Positions 61,901 to 64,000 of a stretch of DNA of 64,000 nt are shown in pieces. This DNA is from Candidatus Moraniibacteriota bacterium (GTDB taxonomy: Bacteria > Patescibacteriota > Minisyncoccia > Moranbacterales > GCA-2747515). Position 1 is the first letter of the stretch; every line of letters begins with the position of its first letter. A program made the translations under genes and the position numbers. Below the pieces are notes generated by a model. It was given only the letters and a program-made list of their open reading frames with translations, did no database searches and was not told the origin of the DNA. The stretch lies in contig CP175956.1 in the NCBI GenBank assembly GCA_046116545.1, positions 160,276-224,275 of the forward strand, written 5' to 3'.

Positions 61901-63669
61901 CAAATTCCTGTTCCCCATTGATCTATTGATAAAAGTTTTTCTTTATCTCCTGCATCACTAAAATAAATCCTAGGAAATCCAGTACTAGCTCCTGAGTTAT
62001 CTTTTATTCTTACAGTATAAGTTCCTGCACTTCCGTAATTACATGTATAGTTCCCGGTTTGTCCTGTTGCCTCATCGCTTCCATCATTATCACAATCCAC
62101 ATTGTAATCATAGCCTACTCCAAATGTTGGTATTGTAAATTGTGTATCTGATGAGCTTCCTGTGTTATCTGTTTTTACTGTTATTACAAAATCATCTGTA
62201 GCTAGTGCTGGCATTACACATTGTTGATCTACTATTCCTCCGCTACTTATACTTCCACCGATTGAAATTGTTCCACCGCTGCCTAAACTTCCACCGTTTG
62301 AAATTGTTCCACCGTTTGAAATTGTTCCACCGCTGCCTAACTGAGGATTTGCACAACCTGTTGCAAAAGTTCCATCTGATTGAAGTTTTACTATATACAT
62401 ATCAAAACCACCTACGCCACCAGCATTTGTATATCCTGCAATTACATACCCCCCATCTAAAGTTTGAACTGCTGAATATGCTACTTCAGCATCAGCTCCA
62501 CCAATAGTCCTTGTTCCTCCTGAGCCAAATGTTGCATCTAATGCTCCTGTGCTTGTAAGTTTTGTTATATACATATCATAACTACCTGCACCAAAAGAAG
62601 TTGTATATCCTGCGATTACATATCCTCCATCTGAAGATTGAACTACCGAGTATGCATACTCGGTACCAGTGCCACCAATAGTTCTTGTTCCACCTGAACC
62701 AAATGTTGCATCTAATGCTCCTGTGCTTGTAAGTTTTGTTATATACATATCATAACCACCTGCACCAAAAGAATCTGTGATTCCTGCAATTACATATCCT
62801 CCATCTGAAGTTTGTATTATAGAAATTCCTGAATCAAAACCAGTGCCACCAATAGTTCTTGTTCCACCTGAACCAAATGTTGCATCTAATGCTCCTGTGC
62901 TTGTAAGTTTTGTTATATACATATCATAACCACCTGCACCAAAAGAACTTGTATATCCTACAATCATATACCCGCCATCTGAAACTTGTATTACAGAACT
63001 TGCTGAATCAGAACCTGTGCCACCAATAGTTCTTGTTCCTCCTGAGCCAAATGTTGTATCTAATGCTCCCGTACTTGTAAGTTTTGTTATATACATATCA
63101 TAACCACCTGCACCAAAAGAACTTGTATATCCTACAATCATATACCCGCCATCTGAAACTTGTATCACAGAACTTGCTAAATCAGAACCTGTCCCACCAA
63201 TAGTTTTTGTTCCTCCTGAGCCAAATGTTGTATCCAATGCTCCCGTGCTTGTAAGTTTTGCTATATACATATTACCGATACCATCACCAAAAGAACTTGT
63301 AAATCCTGCAATTATATACCCTCCATCTGAAGTTTGAGCTGCTGAATATGCATATTCAGCATCAGCTCCACCAATAGTTCTTGTTCCTCCTGAGCCAAAT
63401 GTTGTATCCAATGCTCCCGTGCTTGTGAGTTTTGTTATATACATATCATAACCACCTGCACCAAAAGAGTCTGTTCTTCCTACAACTACATGCCCACCAT
63501 CTGAAGATTCTATTACAAAAGATGCTAATTCAGCATCGGCTCCACCAATAGTCTGTGCAATAAACTCACCTGCCGCAGATACTTTTTGTGTTATAAAAAA
63601 GCTTAAAAATATCATCACCAAAAAAGATGCCGTTTTTTTATATAAATGCTTTTTGAAAAGATTATTCAT
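58945..63669 (-). CDS. Giant secreted/surface protein (1574 aa): delta-60 beta-propeller repeats, two tandem DUF285/BspA-type repeat modules, FN3
   Basis: Signal peptide; about 8 repeats of [12 protein letters not shown]...[31 protein letters not shown] (delta-60-like); Gly-rich linker; two modules each with an Ig-like prelude ([21 protein letters not shown]...DCDNDG) plus about 20 [20 protein letters not shown] repeats; C-terminal FN3-like domain. Confidence 0.85.
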   Translation of the reverse strand: MNNLFKKHLYKKTASFLVMIFLSFFITQKVSAAGEFIAQTIGGADAELASFVIESSDGGHVVVGRTDSFGAGGYDMYITKLTSTGALDTTFGSGGTRTIGGADAEYAYSAAQTSDGGYIIAGFTSSFGDGIGNMYIAKLTSTGALDTTFGSGGTKTIGGTGSDLASSVIQVSDGGYMIVGYTSSFGAGGYDMYITKLTSTGALDTTFGSGGTRTIGGTGSDSASSVIQVSDGGYMIVGYTSSFGAGGYDMYITKLTSTGALDATFGSGGTRTIGGTGFDSGISIIQTSDGGYVIAGITDSFGAGGYDMYITKLTSTGALDATFGSGGTRTIGGTGTEYAYSVVQSSDGGYVIAGYTTSFGAGSYDMYITKLTSTGALDATFGSGGTRTIGGADAEVAYSAVQTLDGGYVIAGYTNAGGVGGFDMYIVKLQSDGTFATGCANPQLGSGGTISNGGTISNGGSLGSGGTISIGGSISSGGIVDQQCVMPALATDDFVITVKTDNTGSSSDTQFTIPTFGVGYDYNVDCDNDGSDEATGQTGNYTCNYGSAGTYTVRIKDNSGASTGFPRIYFSDAGDKEKLLSIDQWGTGIWISMFRAFTGCNNMVGNFIDIPNLSNVTDLSQMFRGTDSFNQDINNWDMSSITNMSYMFYEATSFNQDITSWDTSNVTNMNNMFRYAPVFNQDISSWDTSAVTNMSVMFADTIAFNQDITSWDTSNVTNMASMFYGADAFNYNIIAWNTAAVTDMSSMFSYTDLFNQDISTLDISAVTDMRAMFRHASSFNQDITSWDTSNVTNMSQMFSGMSSIFNQDIGLWDTSNVTNMSYMFFDNSVFNQDLDSWNTSLVTDMNSMFWNAIVFNGDVNSWDTSNVTNMSGMFYGTSVFNRDISSWDTSSVTSTRYMFYNAPNFNQNLSLWNTSSITDMNSMFVVSAFDGNVSSWDTSSVMDMSNVFRSTSFNQDLSTWNVANVTNMTNIFLSTNLSTANYDATLIGWESQVLQNGVTLGSSANYCNSATERANIISTYSWTINDAGLDCSTPPENDFVITVKTDNTGSSSDTQFTIPTTGGGYNYNIDCDNDGSDDATAQTGNYTCNYGAAGTYTIRIKDNTGLKTGFPRIYFNNTGDREKLLDINQWGIGIWTSMERSFLGCINMIGTFTDTPDLSSVTSLWEAFREAFSFNGNLSSWNTSSVTNMSYMFYYTPAFNGDISLWDTSSVINMSHMFAITNTFNQDISSWDISNVTDISGMFYGANSFNQDISSWNTSNVINMDRLFTGTNMFNQDISSWDISNVTSMYEMFSNAGAFDQNIGSWDVNSVTNMNRMFTNADVFNQDISSWDVGSVINMSELFSFTDAFNQNLSSWDTSSVTNMSYVFYGASAFNQNMGSWQIGSVTDMLGMFVNSGLSTTIYDATLIGWESQTLQNNVQLDSSANYCNSATERSNIISTYSWTINDAGLDCPLSAPTISTQNTTSINSTTATGNGNVIDDGSENPQRFMEWGIISGTYTNECSAGIDSEGTYSCVLVGLSPNTTYFIRAKAINSGGTGYGNETNFTTTVTTISDPRQVKLKGDIKLKGDIKMR
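59290..62215. repeat. Nucleotide-level tandem duplication (~1.63-kb unit, two copies) inside the giant gene
   Basis: For example, 60340-60570 versus 61975-62205 are nearly identical, including a perfect 60-nt stretch gtaaattgtgtatctgatgagcttcctgtgttatctgtttttactgttattacaaaatcat. Confidence 0.8.
62380..63565. repeat. About 175-bp tandem repeats (delta-60 blade coding units) with long near-identical stretches
   Basis: Recurring ccaccaatagttcttgttcctcctgagccaaatgttg(c/t)atc(t/c)aatgctcc(t/c)gtgcttgtaagttttgttatatacatatcataac. Confidence 0.8.
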
Positions 63670-63802
63670 TGTTTATTACTTATACAATAACAGGTTAGTA
63701 ATCCTATTTTCACACTTAATAAACATGTGCAAAAAATTCGACATACCGACTATATAAATTATTTATTCTTTGTTTTTATAAAATTTAACTTTGAATCATT
63801 TT

Positions 63803-64000
63803 TTAATTATCTTCCTCATTTTTTACAATATTGTCCTCCACAATAAACCAATCAAATTTCAATGGTTCTGTTACTGGCTCTGCTACTGTTACATGAAATC
63901 CACTATTTTCATCAATCTTTGATACTGACATTGTTTGAATTACTACACTGCCTTTTGGAGTTACAAATATTCTACTATTTTCTTGCACTGCTTCAGTTGA
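63803..64000 (-). CDS. Hypothetical protein, partial (5' end beyond window)
   Basis: The ORF continues in-frame to the window edge (..STEAVQENSRIFVTPKG..). Confidence 0.4.
   Translation of the reverse strand, partial: STEAVQENSRIFVTPKGSVVIQTMSVSKIDENSGFHVTVAEPVTEPLKFDWFIVEDNIVKNEEDN

Noticed and set aside
58945-63669. Possible CRISPR array, suggested by the periodic repeats
   Set aside because: The repeats lie inside one long intact ORF and encode protein repeats (delta-60 blades, DUF285). There are no short direct repeats separated by unique spacers anywhere in the window.

Overview
A 64-kb, low-GC, gene-dense window that looks like a Candidate Phyla Radiation (Patescibacteria)-like bacterium using the standard genetic code.

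What the window contains:
- Ribosomal block, 1..10608 (minus strand): tuf, S10, L3, L4, L23, L2, S19, L22, S3, L16, L29, S17, L14, L24, L5, S14(Z), S8, L6, L18, S5, then L15. L30 is absent; S5 carries a Lys-rich tail and L23 an N-terminal extension.
- Housekeeping genes: ndk, a split ComEC, DUF167, nrdR, rarA, a short RelA/SpoT, parAB, tRNA-Leu(CAA), folD, uppP, glmS, a HAD hydrolase, an ABC exporter, YvcK-like, GlcG/DUF336, a sugar nucleotidyltransferase, a KH protein, desulfoferrodoxin, a DEDDh exonuclease, ASCH, a MiaB-like radical SAM enzyme, GtrA-like, dnaX, tRNA-Gln(UUG), two class-IV aminotransferases, pheA and tyrA, an M23 peptidase, a ThyX-like protein next to tmk, an alpha/beta hydrolase, secY (detached from the ribosomal block), gyrB and dnaJ.

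Most unusual observations:
1. A ~97-nt 5'-leader element duplicated at 45764..45860 and 46651..46747. Each copy has a terminator and a competing antiterminator hairpin upstream of unknown small-protein genes (a 50-aa acidic protein, and a 103-aa plus 84-aa Cys-containing pair with GKKC motifs). This is a candidate new cis-regulatory RNA.
2. An ~840-bp gene-free structured region, 55598..56444, that may hold an ncRNA.
3. A 1574-aa surface protein (delta-60 beta-propeller, two tandem DUF285/BspA-type repeat modules, FN3) carrying a ~1.6-kb nucleotide-level internal tandem duplication.
4. A 431-aa Cys-rich secreted protein with a TSP1-like CSxTCGGG motif.
5. A double-domain ThyX with complementary degenerate active-site motifs.

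All calls come from reading the sequence and ORF translations; no database searches were run.
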